Part shown: piece after piece, positions 7,781 to 16,658 of the stretch
Layout of the letters: every line of letters begins with the position of its first letter
Position numbering within the stretch: the stretch's first letter is position 1
Source of the DNA: Candidatus Undinarchaeota archaeon
GTDB taxonomy: Archaea; SpSt-1190; JASMDC01
Assembly: GCA_964519305.1 (NCBI GenBank)
Contig: CAZFHY010000028.1
Coordinates: 1-24,101, forward strand
Length of the DNA stretch: 24,101 nucleotides
Direction: 5' to 3'
The notes under the pieces: model-generated
Told to the model about the DNA's origin: nothing
The model's input: only the letters and a program-made list of their open reading frames with translations
Databases searched by the model: none
Program-made: the position numbers and the translations under genes

Positions 7781-7981
7781 GGCCGGGTCCACAGCGTCAA
7801 GGCATTCGTTCCTCAGCTTGGGGAAGGTGATCCTATCACACATCGAAGACCAGGAGCAGCACTATCGCCGCTACCTGTTTTGGCCCATGGGGGCGTTCAC
7901 CGGTTCAACACGGTCCCCGTTGCATACGTGTCGGCCGCCCGGCCAAAACCCCTTTAAATGTATCCCCCTATCCGGCCCCCG

Positions 7982-8659
7982 ATGATGGACCCACCGGACG
8001 GTCAGGACGGATCGGAGGAGCTCTACCTCAACGATCTGGCCAAACCCTCCTGCCGCCACGGTACGCCCATGACCCGGTCCCAGATAGCCCAGCGCATCGG
8101 TGCGTTCTTCCAGGAAGAAAAGTGGGAGGTGCGCAGGGAAGGGGGCATCACGGGTCCGGAGCACGGGCTGGACCTGCTCCTAAGGAAGGGCCGACGAGGA
8201 GCTGCCGTCACCATCCTCACCGGGAACTCCCTCAGGGACGTGGACGAGGCCGCGCGCCACATCCGCGCACTCCAGGACCAGCGTCCCCAGGTGAAGCCCT
8301 ACCTCGGGATCGACTGCACCCAGTTCACCTGGCTCTTGCGGGGGGACGTCGGTGCGGCCACTCTCGCGTGCGTCGAGAAACTGGGGGCTGGTATCGCGGC
8401 AGTGTCGCCCGATGCCGTGCTATTGTTGGAGAACGTGGACGACGTGGACTGGTACGACAAGGACTTCTCGCACTGCTTCGGTTGCCCTGCGTGCGAAGGG
8501 TTCGTAATCGATCCTTTCGGGTATCTCCTGTTCAGGTTCGGGCTGGCCCACGCCATCAAGGCAGTGGGTGCCGAGGAGTTCCAGGTCATGACGGGGGTCG
8601 ATCTCAACATCTCGGTTGAGGACGCCGAGCGGGACCTGGTGGGCGAGCCCGAGGAATAA
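7982..8659 (+). CDS. Hypothetical protein with a degenerate PD-(D/E)xK (Mrr/Hjc-like) segment and a CxxCxxC motif
   Basis: FFQEEKWEVRREGGITGPEHGLDLLLRKGRRGAAVTIL resembles the Mrr_cat-type core, and the C-terminal part has HCFGCPAC. ATG 7958 overlaps the TATA-like TTTAAA (7953-7958), so the start is moved to 7982 or 7985. Confidence 0.65.
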   Translation: MMDPPDGQDGSEELYLNDLAKPSCRHGTPMTRSQIAQRIGAFFQEEKWEVRREGGITGPEHGLDLLLRKGRRGAAVTILTGNSLRDVDEAARHIRALQDQRPQVKPYLGIDCTQFTWLLRGDVGAATLACVEKLGAGIAAVSPDAVLLLENVDDVDWYDKDFSHCFGCPACEGFVIDPFGYLLFRFGLAHAIKAVGAEEFQVMTGVDLNISVEDAERDLVGEPEE

Positions 8660-8691
8660 CCCTCTTAAGCCTTCACCCGCTATCCGGGTCC

Positions 8692-9915
8692 ATGGCCGCG
8701 GACATGATCCTCCCTTCGTACATCGAGCGTACCGGCGGCGTGCTTCGCATGGTCCCCAACTTCCAGGCCCGGTTCTACCGGGACGGGGGCCGGTTCCCTG
8801 GTGTTAACCGTGGTGACGGCAGACCCGTGGACGAGCTGGGCAACTTCGTTGACGAGCGCTGGCTCTTCTCGATCACGTGCATCGAGCAGGAAGGCTCCTC
8901 TGGCGAGGACGGGCTGAGCACCGTGGCCGAAGAGGACGGTGGCCCGCTCTGCACGCTCGACGCGCTCGTTCGCGCACATCCTGACTTCATGCTGGGCGCC
9001 GACTACGTGGCGGCCCATGGCGGGTCTGGCGTGGCCACCTTCGAGCTGCTGGCAAAGATACTCGACATCGGCTCGCGGCCGGACGACCGTATCAACTGTC
9101 ACATCCATCCGCAAAAGGACGAAGCCTACTACTACCCGGACATCCGCGGGCAGGACGACGTCTACCTGGCCATGGGCTTCTTCCGGGGCACGAAGGACCG
9201 GGTGAGACAGTGCCTCGAGAACGCCGTGAAGGGCGTGCGGGCCGACAGCATCCTCCATCTCCAGCCCCACTTCCGGCTCAAGGTGGGGAGCGGATGGCAC
9301 GTGTACGCCGGGATGCCGCATTCGCCCGTGGGTTACGTGTTCGAGCTCCAGCGTCCTCGCGACGACTTCAGGCTCCTACAGCTCTACCACAGGGGCCAGG
9401 ACAAGCTGTTCGAGCCTGACCTCCTGCTCCGCGGGGATGATGCTGTGGAGGCTGCGATGACGGACATCGACTGGCCCATGGCCGAGAGCCCCTACATATG
9501 GCACCTGTTCCATGTCGAGCCGGAACGCATCGAGGGGACGTCGGTCGCGGGTGTCGTGGAGGAACGATGGGTGTTCCATCCCAACCGAACACGTCTGTGG
9601 AGCGGTAAGGAGGTGGTGCTCGAGCCCGGTAAGGCCTACACGTCCCGCGAGAAGGGTGCCTTTGGACTCTTCATGTTCACGGGGAAGGGTGTCGTGGCCG
9701 GGCTCGACGTCGCTGCCGGCGATCCGAAGCGGGACGAGCTCTTCGTCTCCCACCGTGCCGCGACGACGGGTATCGAGGTAACCAACACCGGCGATGGTCC
9801 TCTGGTGTTCTACAAATTCTTCCCGGCGGACGTGAACACCGAACCTCTGCTGTACAACACGCAGCGGTTCAGGGAGTGGATGGCCGTTACGGGCATCGAG
9901 CCCCGGGGCTACTGA
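8692..9915 (+). CDS. Cupin-fold protein related to type I phosphomannose isomerase, substrate unknown
   Basis: LLAKILD...CHIHPQKDEAYYY, GWHVYAGMPHSP and FELQRPRDD match the PMI-type HxH...E...H metal ligand layout. A second cupin-like segment lies near the C-terminus. CTTAAG about 23 nt upstream. Confidence 0.7.
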   Translation: MAADMILPSYIERTGGVLRMVPNFQARFYRDGGRFPGVNRGDGRPVDELGNFVDERWLFSITCIEQEGSSGEDGLSTVAEEDGGPLCTLDALVRAHPDFMLGADYVAAHGGSGVATFELLAKILDIGSRPDDRINCHIHPQKDEAYYYPDIRGQDDVYLAMGFFRGTKDRVRQCLENAVKGVRADSILHLQPHFRLKVGSGWHVYAGMPHSPVGYVFELQRPRDDFRLLQLYHRGQDKLFEPDLLLRGDDAVEAAMTDIDWPMAESPYIWHLFHVEPERIEGTSVAGVVEERWVFHPNRTRLWSGKEVVLEPGKAYTSREKGAFGLFMFTGKGVVAGLDVAAGDPKRDELFVSHRAATTGIEVTNTGDGPLVFYKFFPADVNTEPLLYNTQRFREWMAVTGIEPRGY

Positions 9916-9924
9916 CGGTCCGTC

Positions 9925-10203
9925 CTAATCCTCGAAAGAGAATCCGGGGCAGTCAGCGTCCTCGAGGTCGGTCCTGGTGATAGGGTAGGCTCGACACTGG
10001 GGCGGCCTGAGCTTGTATATGGAGCATCCGGACCCCCCGTCCTCGAGCTCGATGAGGGAGGGGCAGTAGACACCTAGCTTACAGCATCGCCCGCATCGCT
10101 GGCATGAACCCTTCCTTTTGGCGTGCTGGGAAGCAACGAAGCCCTTCCTCAGGAGGGACTGGAAGAAGCGTCGGAACTTACCCACCCATTGTCGAAAGGC
10201 CAT
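9925..10203 (-). CDS. YkgJ-type (CxxCxxCC) cysteine-cluster protein
   Basis: CQRCGRCC...CPSL...CSIYKLRPPQCRAYP...CPG. ATG 10203 lies 25 nt after CTTAAA. Confidence 0.85.
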   Translation of the reverse strand: MAFRQWVGKFRRFFQSLLRKGFVASQHAKRKGSCQRCGRCCKLGVYCPSLIELEDGGSGCSIYKLRPPQCRAYPITRTDLEDADCPGFSFED

Positions 10204-10228
10204 CCGGTACGCGGCCGAGCGCAATCCT

Positions 10229-11518
10229 TTAAGTGGTTTTGCCAGTCCGCTCGCGGCACGCCTTCAGGAGGTCGGCGTCATCGACGTCCCCGCACTTCCC
10301 ATCACGGTGAAGGCGTCGCGCCACCGAGTAGATACATGCGTCGTGTCCCGCTGGCGTGGTCGTGAGCTCGCAGGCCTCTGACATGACACCGGGCTCAGGA
10401 GAATACACTCGAGCGGCACGGGATGCGAGGCAGCGTTCGAGCTGGTCGTCGCGAGCGGTAACGTCGCAGGTGCGCAGGTACGTCTCCAGGTCGGACGATG
10501 CCCAGGCGCGGTCTATGGCGGTCTCGCGTTCCTCGGGATCGGAGATGGACCATGCGCCGGCCAGGATGGGAGCGGGATCGCGAAGTGGCATCAGCGTGAT
10601 TGCCTCAAGAGCGCAGGCATCGCGTGACTCGATATGGTCGAGCATGGCGCACACGTCCAGTGCACCCATAGGATCATGGGCCGCTAGCGCTTTTGCCACG
10701 GTCACGAGGCACGTATCGTCATCGTCAAGGTGGAGGCAGACATCGACGGCGCCGCCAGGATCGGTGACCACACTGTCCCGGGCAACGGCCATGAGGCACC
10801 GCGCGTCCCCGGAGCACAACCTGATCGTGGCGTTCGGACCGGTGTACCGGGCCACTATGGGCGCGATCCGGACACGGCACGTCCGTCGACGTGTGGTGTT
10901 GGTGATCGTGTCGCACGCCTCGACGGCAAGCAGGTGGTTGCCCTCTGCGAGCCTGAGCGCCACGGTCTCGAGACAGGTATGTTCCTTCGAACCCGCCTGC
11001 GTGCACACATCGATGGCCTGGCCCGGGTGCGCATGCTCGAGCACGGCGCGCGATGCGCATTCGATGCACCGGTCCCTGGCCTTTCCCAGCTGTCCGCAAG
11101 CCGATGTCGTTTCGGCCGAAGGTCGCTCGGCCACGTCCCAGACCATGCACGCGCACTCTCCGCGAGGCACATGTTCGCTGGTCATCACGCCACATGCGGC
11201 GATGCCCTTCTCAGTGTCCCAGGTCCCAGCTGCCACCTTCCCTGCCGCCTCATGGGAGAACCTGTCCACACAGACCGGACGCAGTCCGACATGGTCCAGC
11301 GCTCCACATGCCTTGGCCCACGCGGCCGGGGTCTCATCCACGAGAGGTCGGAGGACCTGGTCGAGGCACGCGGCCGGATCAGGGCCAAGAGCGCACCGGG
11401 ATGCGAGAACACCAAGAGCGGAGGGCGGGCTGACGGAAGCGAGCATACCGGCGACCGCCATCACCAGGGCGATAAAGCCCATCGCCCGTCGCTCACGAGA
11501 TGAGCTGCCCACGATCAT
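10229..11518 (-). CDS. Secreted or surface protein with about 12 Cys-pair helical repeats
   Basis: RERRAMGFIALVMAVAGMLASV is signal/anchor-like and is followed by recurring C-x(5-12)-C units. Start uncertain (11536, 11518 or 11482); 11626 overlaps hom. Confidence 0.75.
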   Translation of the reverse strand: MIVGSSSRERRAMGFIALVMAVAGMLASVSPPSALGVLASRCALGPDPAACLDQVLRPLVDETPAAWAKACGALDHVGLRPVCVDRFSHEAAGKVAAGTWDTEKGIAACGVMTSEHVPRGECACMVWDVAERPSAETTSACGQLGKARDRCIECASRAVLEHAHPGQAIDVCTQAGSKEHTCLETVALRLAEGNHLLAVEACDTITNTTRRRTCRVRIAPIVARYTGPNATIRLCSGDARCLMAVARDSVVTDPGGAVDVCLHLDDDDTCLVTVAKALAAHDPMGALDVCAMLDHIESRDACALEAITLMPLRDPAPILAGAWSISDPEERETAIDRAWASSDLETYLRTCDVTARDDQLERCLASRAARVYSPEPGVMSEACELTTTPAGHDACIYSVARRLHRDGKCGDVDDADLLKACRERTGKTT

Positions 11519-11564
11519 CGGGATGGACGGTAACATTTTTGAGGTTGGCGGGAGCGGACCGGCC

Positions 11565-12551
11565 TCACGCTCGTTCCGACAGGGTGAGCAGGTCGTTGAG
11601 CATGGCAGCGGCGGTCTCGTCCCCACCTGCTCCTCTCCCTATGAGCACCAGTTCCTTGGCCCGTTCCATACGGAACCTGACAGCGTTGAGCACTCCGGGG
11701 ACCGCAAGGGCCGAGCCGCGTGGCACGAGCCGGGGGCGTACCTCGAGGCCCTCGGGCGACGCAGAGGCAAGGAGCTTGATGGTGAGACCTTCATCCCGGG
11801 CGAGCTCGAGCGCTTCAGGTGTGACGGCCGAGATACCGACCCGCATCACGTCATCGTAGCTCCAGCTTCCTTCAAAGAATGTGTTGGCGAGGATGACGAG
11901 CTTCGCAGCAGCGTCGCCGCCCTCAACGTCAGCGGTAGGGTCCGTTTCGGCGTACCCGAGCTCTTGGGCCTTGGCCAGGATAAGGTCGAACGACGCACCG
12001 GTCTCCTCCATTTTTGAGAGGATGTAGTTCGAGGTCCCGTTGAGGATACCGTCCACCGAGAGCACACGGTCGCCACGCACGCAGGAGCGTGCCATGGAGA
12101 ACACGGGCACGGCCCCGGCCACTGTTGCCTCGTACCGCACCTCGACACCCTTTTCACGAGCGGCGTCCATGACACGGGTGAAGGCTGCGACGAACGGACC
12201 TTTTGTAGCGGCCACCACGTCCATGCCCGATCCGATGGCGTGCAGGATGTTGGTGAGCCCGGGCTCGCCGGTGGTGATGTCGGTAGGGGTGGCGTCCAGG
12301 AGAACAGAAGCTCCTGCCTCGTCCAGGAGGTGTGGGACGTCCCAATCACGCCAGGCCGGGGACTCCTTCAAGGTGCCCGCCTCGTGACGGGCAAGGAGGT
12401 CGCTCACGTCGAGCCCCGAGGCGTCGAAGAGGCAGCCTGTGCTCTTGGCCACGCCGACTATGCGCACCTTGTCCTGGGCGCTGATCGAGATGGCCCGGGC
12501 AACGGCCCGGCCTACGGTCCCGAACCCTGCGATGATCACATCCCGGCTCAT
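11565..12551 (-). CDS. hom: Homoserine dehydrogenase
   Basis: GFGTVG, ATKGP, YEATVAGAVP, GILNGTSNYIL, AQELGYAETDPTADVEGGDAAAK, GRGAGGDETA. Confidence 0.95.
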   Translation of the reverse strand: MSRDVIIAGFGTVGRAVARAISISAQDKVRIVGVAKSTGCLFDASGLDVSDLLARHEAGTLKESPAWRDWDVPHLLDEAGASVLLDATPTDITTGEPGLTNILHAIGSGMDVVAATKGPFVAAFTRVMDAAREKGVEVRYEATVAGAVPVFSMARSCVRGDRVLSVDGILNGTSNYILSKMEETGASFDLILAKAQELGYAETDPTADVEGGDAAAKLVILANTFFEGSWSYDDVMRVGISAVTPEALELARDEGLTIKLLASASPEGLEVRPRLVPRGSALAVPGVLNAVRFRMERAKELVLIGRGAGGDETAAAMLNDLLTLSERA

Positions 12552-13036
12552 TGAGCCTCACCCACCAGCAGGAGGTCCTTGCGCTCGCACACCTGTGCCA
12601 GCAGCTCCCGGGAAGCTTTGAGCTGCTCGGGAGATCCCTGAAGAACGAACTTGACGGTGGACACCGACCGCTCGTCGGTGAGCCGGGAGTCCACCCATCG
12701 GATGAGTGTGCCGGGCTCGCGGACTATGTCCATGGTGTCCTTGATGTCCGTACGGAACACGTGGCCTACGATGATGACCACCTGTTTCCCATGGTCCCGC
12801 TCCAGCTCGATGCCCCGCACCGTGATGCCCTGCTCCTCCAGACGCTTGCCGATACCTGCCAAGCGGCCGGGCTCGACCTGGATCTGGATGCGCACGGGCA
12901 CCCTGCCCCGCACCACGTGTGCACGGTCGTGGACAATGGTTACGACGTTCCCCTGTTCAGCGGCCACCGCTTCCAGGATGCGCACGAGCTCTCCGGGGCT
13001 GTCCCTTAGCTCGACCTCGATCTCAGCTTCGTTCAT
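12548..13036 (-). CDS. ACT-domain protein (archaeal partner or regulator of homoserine dehydrogenase)
   Basis: ELRDSPGELVRILE..GNVVTIVHDR and IIVGHVFRTDIKDTMD. ATGA overlap with hom. Confidence 0.85.
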   Translation of the reverse strand: MNEAEIEVELRDSPGELVRILEAVAAEQGNVVTIVHDRAHVVRGRVPVRIQIQVEPGRLAGIGKRLEEQGITVRGIELERDHGKQVVIIVGHVFRTDIKDTMDIVREPGTLIRWVDSRLTDERSVSTVKFVLQGSPEQLKASRELLAQVCERKDLLLVGEAQ

Positions 13037-14237
13037 GAGCGATCACCTTCCCGATCTCCTCGATATCGGCATCGACCCGCACGATGGGGTCGGGGTAGCG
13101 TTCGATGACCACGGTAGGGTCCTTGAGCCCTGTCCCGGTCGTCACGCACACCACCCGCTCGTCAGCACCGATCGTGCCCTCCTTGAGCAGCGCTTCCAGC
13201 CCGGCGACGGGTGTGGCCGAAGCGGGTTCCACGAACAGACCCTCCTTGCGGGCCAGATGTCGCTGTGCCGTGAGGATGGACTCGTCCGATACCGACAGTG
13301 CCGTACCGTCTGATTCCTTGATGGCGCGAATGGCCTTGGGCCAGTTCACCGGATTGCCGATGCGGATGGCAGTGGCCAGGGTCTCAGGTGCGAGCACGGG
13401 CGCGAAATCGTCCCGTCCCTCGCGCACCATGGCAGCGATAGGGGCCGCACCCTCGGCCTGCACACCGGCCATACGGGGCAGGCGGTCGATGATCCCCAGC
13501 TCCCGGAGCTCTTTGAGCCCCTTCCAGATGGCAGATATGTTCCCCGCGTTCCCAACCGGCAGAACGATCCAGTCGGGCACATCCCATCCCAGCGCCTCAG
13601 CGACCTCGAAACCCAGCGTCTTCTGGCCTTCAAGGCGGTAGGGGTTGAGCGAGTTGAGCAGGTAGATACCGTACCGGTCGCAGGCCTCCTTGATAAGTCG
13701 CATGGCCACGTCGAACCCGCCCTCGACTCCGATGATCTCGGCACCGTGGGCGATGGCCTGTGAGAGCTTCCCCTTTGCGATCTTCTCCACGGGAAGGATG
13801 ACAAGGCAACGCATCCCGCTACGGGCGGCGTACGCGGAGAGCGACGCCGATGTGTTCCCGGTGGATGCGCATCCGACGAACGACGCACCCATCTCCCGGG
13901 CGACGGTGACCCCGACGGTCATGCCCCGGTCCTTGAAGCTCCCTGTCGGGTTCTCCCCCTCGTTCTTCATCCAGAGGGGGCCCGAGCCCAGTTCCGCGGC
14001 CAACCGCTTGCACCGGTGGAGACCTGTGTTGCCCTCCTCCAGAGAGACCGGTTTGACATCGGGAGCGATGGGGAGCAGTTCACGATAACGCCACACGCCG
14101 GGTGGACGGGAGGCGAAGACCTCTTTCGAGGCACCTGTGGCCTCAAGGTCGTACCGCACCTCCAGCAGTCCGCCGCAGTCGCAGGTGTACCGGATACCGT
14201 CCGGGATATCCTTCTCACATTCGATGCACTTCAGCAT
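13023..14237 (-). CDS. thrC: Threonine synthase
   Basis: KNEGENPTGSFKDRG (PLP Lys), CASTGNTSAS, NPYRLEGQKT, PVGNAGN, TGTGLKDP and an N-terminal Cys ribbon. Confidence 0.96.
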   Translation of the reverse strand: MLKCIECEKDIPDGIRYTCDCGGLLEVRYDLEATGASKEVFASRPPGVWRYRELLPIAPDVKPVSLEEGNTGLHRCKRLAAELGSGPLWMKNEGENPTGSFKDRGMTVGVTVAREMGASFVGCASTGNTSASLSAYAARSGMRCLVILPVEKIAKGKLSQAIAHGAEIIGVEGGFDVAMRLIKEACDRYGIYLLNSLNPYRLEGQKTLGFEVAEALGWDVPDWIVLPVGNAGNISAIWKGLKELRELGIIDRLPRMAGVQAEGAAPIAAMVREGRDDFAPVLAPETLATAIRIGNPVNWPKAIRAIKESDGTALSVSDESILTAQRHLARKEGLFVEPASATPVAGLEALLKEGTIGADERVVCVTTGTGLKDPTVVIERYPDPIVRVDADIEEIGKVIAHERS

Positions 14238-15133
14238 GGTTGCACCGATCCCATCGCGCCAATGTTCGCGACCTTTGTGCGCACGACCTCTGCTTCCATG
14301 AGCCGGGCCGCTAGCTCCTCCAGCTCGTCAGGCGGAGGTGGGAAGGGGACGAACACCGACGGTCCCGCGCCGCTGATCGCGACGGGGACGCCACGTTCAG
14401 CGAGCTCCCGTTTCAACTCCTCGTACCCGGGGATGAGGGAGGTCCGGTAGGGCTCTGCGAGCCGGTCCACCAGGGCCTCCTTGAACAGATCGTTGTCCCC
14501 CTCCTTGAGCGCAAGCACGATGAGCGCGCCGTTGCCGATGTTGGCCACCGCGTCACCACGGTCGACGCTCGTGGGCACGACCTTCCTAGCTTCGGCGGTC
14601 GGTACCTTGCAGGGCGGGACGAGTAGAGCGATGGGGAGGTCCACGTCGAACCGACGCACACGGACTGGCTCGTACCGGACGATGCAGAAACCGCCCAGAA
14701 CGCTGGCAGCGACGTTGTCGGCGTGGAAACCGGCCACTGCAGCCTCTCCATAGGTAGCGGCCTCCACCACCTGGTCGGGGGAGAGGTTCCCACCAAGAAG
14801 GGCGTTGGCACCAGCAGCAGCGGCCGCTGCGCTGGCGGCGCTGGAGCCCATCCCACCGCAGCACCGGATGCCCTTGGTCACCCGGATGGAGAAACCCGTA
14901 GTGGCATCGCAGAGCTCGGCGACCTTTGCAGCGGCCACCGACGCGGTGTTGCGTGTCGGGTCGACGGGAAGAGAAGGATCGTTGGTGACGGCGACCGTGG
15001 TCGAGTCGGTGAGCTCCATCTCGACGATATCGCCCCTTCCTTCGAGGGCCAGGGAGAACACGTCGAACCCGGGCCCGACGTTGGCAACGCTGGCAGGTGC
15101 GAACACGCGAACCCGTTCCGGTGTCTCACCCAT
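14231..15133 (-). CDS. thrB: Homoserine kinase
   Basis: APASVANVGPGFDVF, GMGSSAAS, HADNVAA, TAEARKVVP, ISGAGPS. SD GGAGG upstream. Confidence 0.93.
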   Translation of the reverse strand: MGETPERVRVFAPASVANVGPGFDVFSLALEGRGDIVEMELTDSTTVAVTNDPSLPVDPTRNTASVAAAKVAELCDATTGFSIRVTKGIRCCGGMGSSAASAAAAAAGANALLGGNLSPDQVVEAATYGEAAVAGFHADNVAASVLGGFCIVRYEPVRVRRFDVDLPIALLVPPCKVPTAEARKVVPTSVDRGDAVANIGNGALIVLALKEGDNDLFKEALVDRLAEPYRTSLIPGYEELKRELAERGVPVAISGAGPSVFVPFPPPPDELEELAARLMEAEVVRTKVANIGAMGSVQPC

Positions 15134-15146
15134 TCATTAATCCTCC

Positions 15147-16556
15147 CTAGATCTGGTCGTAGTACGTCGCGAGCTCCCAGGGCGTGACCTGGATGCGGTA
15201 CTCGTTCCACTGATGCTGCTGGGCGGCAATGAGCTTGCTGTGGGTGAGCTCGCCCAGCTGCTCCTTTAGCAGCTTGCTCTTCTTGAGCTCCTGCATGGCC
15301 TCGCCAAGGTCACCTGGCAGTGTCTTGATGTAAAAACGCCTTAGCTTCCGGTCATCGAACTTGTACACATCCTCCTCGACCGGCTCCGGAGGCTCGATCT
15401 TGTTCTCGACACCGTCCAGACCCGCAGCGAGCATGGCCGCGAAGGCCAGGTAGGGATTGCACGACGCGTCAGGGCAACGCAGCTCGAGCCGAGTGGCGTT
15501 GCGCTTCTGATGCGAGGTGCGCGGTACGCGGACGAGCGCGGAGCGGTTGTTGGTCCCCCAGCAGATGTAGACGGGCGCCTCGTACCCGGGGACCAGGCGC
15601 TTGTAGGAGTTCACCGTGGGGTCCAGCACGCCAGCGAGCGCTCTTGCATGCTTGAGCTGGCCGCCTAGGAAGTTCTTGGCGAGCGCGGAGAGCTGGTAGC
15701 GGTCCTTGCCATCGTGGAAGGCGTTGCACCCCTTCTTGATGTCCCAGAGGCTCTGGTTCGTGTGCATACCCGAACCGTTCACACCGAAGAGGGGCTTGGG
15801 CATGAACGATGCGTGCAGGTTGTTCTCGGACGCGATGCGCTTCATCACGTACTTGTAGGTCGTGACGGCGTCGGCGATGGTGAGCGCATCCGAGTACTTG
15901 AAGTCGATCTCGTGCTGGCCGGCAGCGACCTCGTGATGGGACATCTCGATGACGATGCCCTTCTTGACGGTGGGCTTCCCCTTTTCCAGCTCTATGCGTT
16001 CGCCCATGGCCTCCATGAGCATGACCGCTTTCTTCTTGATGTCCATTGCGTGGTCGAGTGGGTCCATGTCGAAGTAACCGCCCGGATCATGAGGTCGCGG
16101 AGGCTGTCCGGCAAGGGCACCGTCCTTCTTGAACAGGAAGAACTCGAGCTCAGCACCGATCAGGTAACGGAGACCGAGCTTCTTGGCCCTGTCCATCTGT
16201 TTCTGAAGGATGTAGCGCGGGTCACCATGGAAGGGTCCGCCGTCCGGGTCGCGCACGTCGCAGATTATGCGGGCCTCAGCATGCTCGTCGGACCACGGGA
16301 TGACGGAGAACGTTGACGGATCGGGGAGAAGGTACATGTCGCTCTCGAAGATGCGCACGAATCCCTCCACGGACGAGCCGTCGAAGAACACCCCGTCGTC
16401 CAGGGTGTCCTCGAGACCGCGCCGGGTGACGGTGCAGCATTTGAGGGTGCCCAGGATATCGACGAACTGGAGGCGGATGAAGTCGATGTTCCGCTCGTTC
16501 ACCTGGGTGAGCACGAACTCCTTGAGCTTCTTGCGGTCCTTGGTTCCCGTCGCCAT
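15147..16556 (-). CDS. glnA: Glutamine synthetase type I
   Basis: RLQFVDILG, FDGSSVEGF, ELEFFLF, HHEVAAGQHEI, FMPKPLFGVNGSGMH, NSYKRLVPGYEAP, NRSALVRVP, RLELRCPD. Confidence 0.97.
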   Translation of the reverse strand: MATGTKDRKKLKEFVLTQVNERNIDFIRLQFVDILGTLKCCTVTRRGLEDTLDDGVFFDGSSVEGFVRIFESDMYLLPDPSTFSVIPWSDEHAEARIICDVRDPDGGPFHGDPRYILQKQMDRAKKLGLRYLIGAELEFFLFKKDGALAGQPPRPHDPGGYFDMDPLDHAMDIKKKAVMLMEAMGERIELEKGKPTVKKGIVIEMSHHEVAAGQHEIDFKYSDALTIADAVTTYKYVMKRIASENNLHASFMPKPLFGVNGSGMHTNQSLWDIKKGCNAFHDGKDRYQLSALAKNFLGGQLKHARALAGVLDPTVNSYKRLVPGYEAPVYICWGTNNRSALVRVPRTSHQKRNATRLELRCPDASCNPYLAFAAMLAAGLDGVENKIEPPEPVEEDVYKFDDRKLRRFYIKTLPGDLGEAMQELKKSKLLKEQLGELTHSKLIAAQQHQWNEYRIQVTPWELATYYDQI

Positions 16557-16580
16557 GATCGGTCGATCAGGGGGGTCGCA

Positions 16581-16636
16581 TTAACGTTATTAAAGCTATT
16601 GCCCGCGGGCCCGATAGCCCCCCCAACGCATTTAAA
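16581..16636. promoter_or_regulatory. Divergent promoter region between glnA and the membrane protein
   Basis: TTTAATAA on the minus strand (16594-16587) before glnA and TTTAAA (16631-16636) before GTG 16659. Palindromes TAACGTTA and GCCCGCGGGC lie in the interval. Confidence 0.55.
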
Positions 16637-16658
16637 CCATCGTTGTACATTTGTATCC

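Noticed and set aside
7781-7985. tRNA-like GGTTCAA motif near 7902 and a 52-codon GTG ORF from 7827
   Set aside because: The T-stem does not pair properly and there is no cloverleaf. The ORF runs through the next gene's TATA box and has no recognisable features.
10356-12017. 553-aa plus-strand ORF
   Set aside because: Antisense shadow of hom and the Cys-repeat gene; S/A/R-rich with no motifs, as expected at high GC.
14170-14237. Zinc-ribbon N-terminus of ThrC
   Set aside because: Common in archaeal threonine synthases, so not novel.
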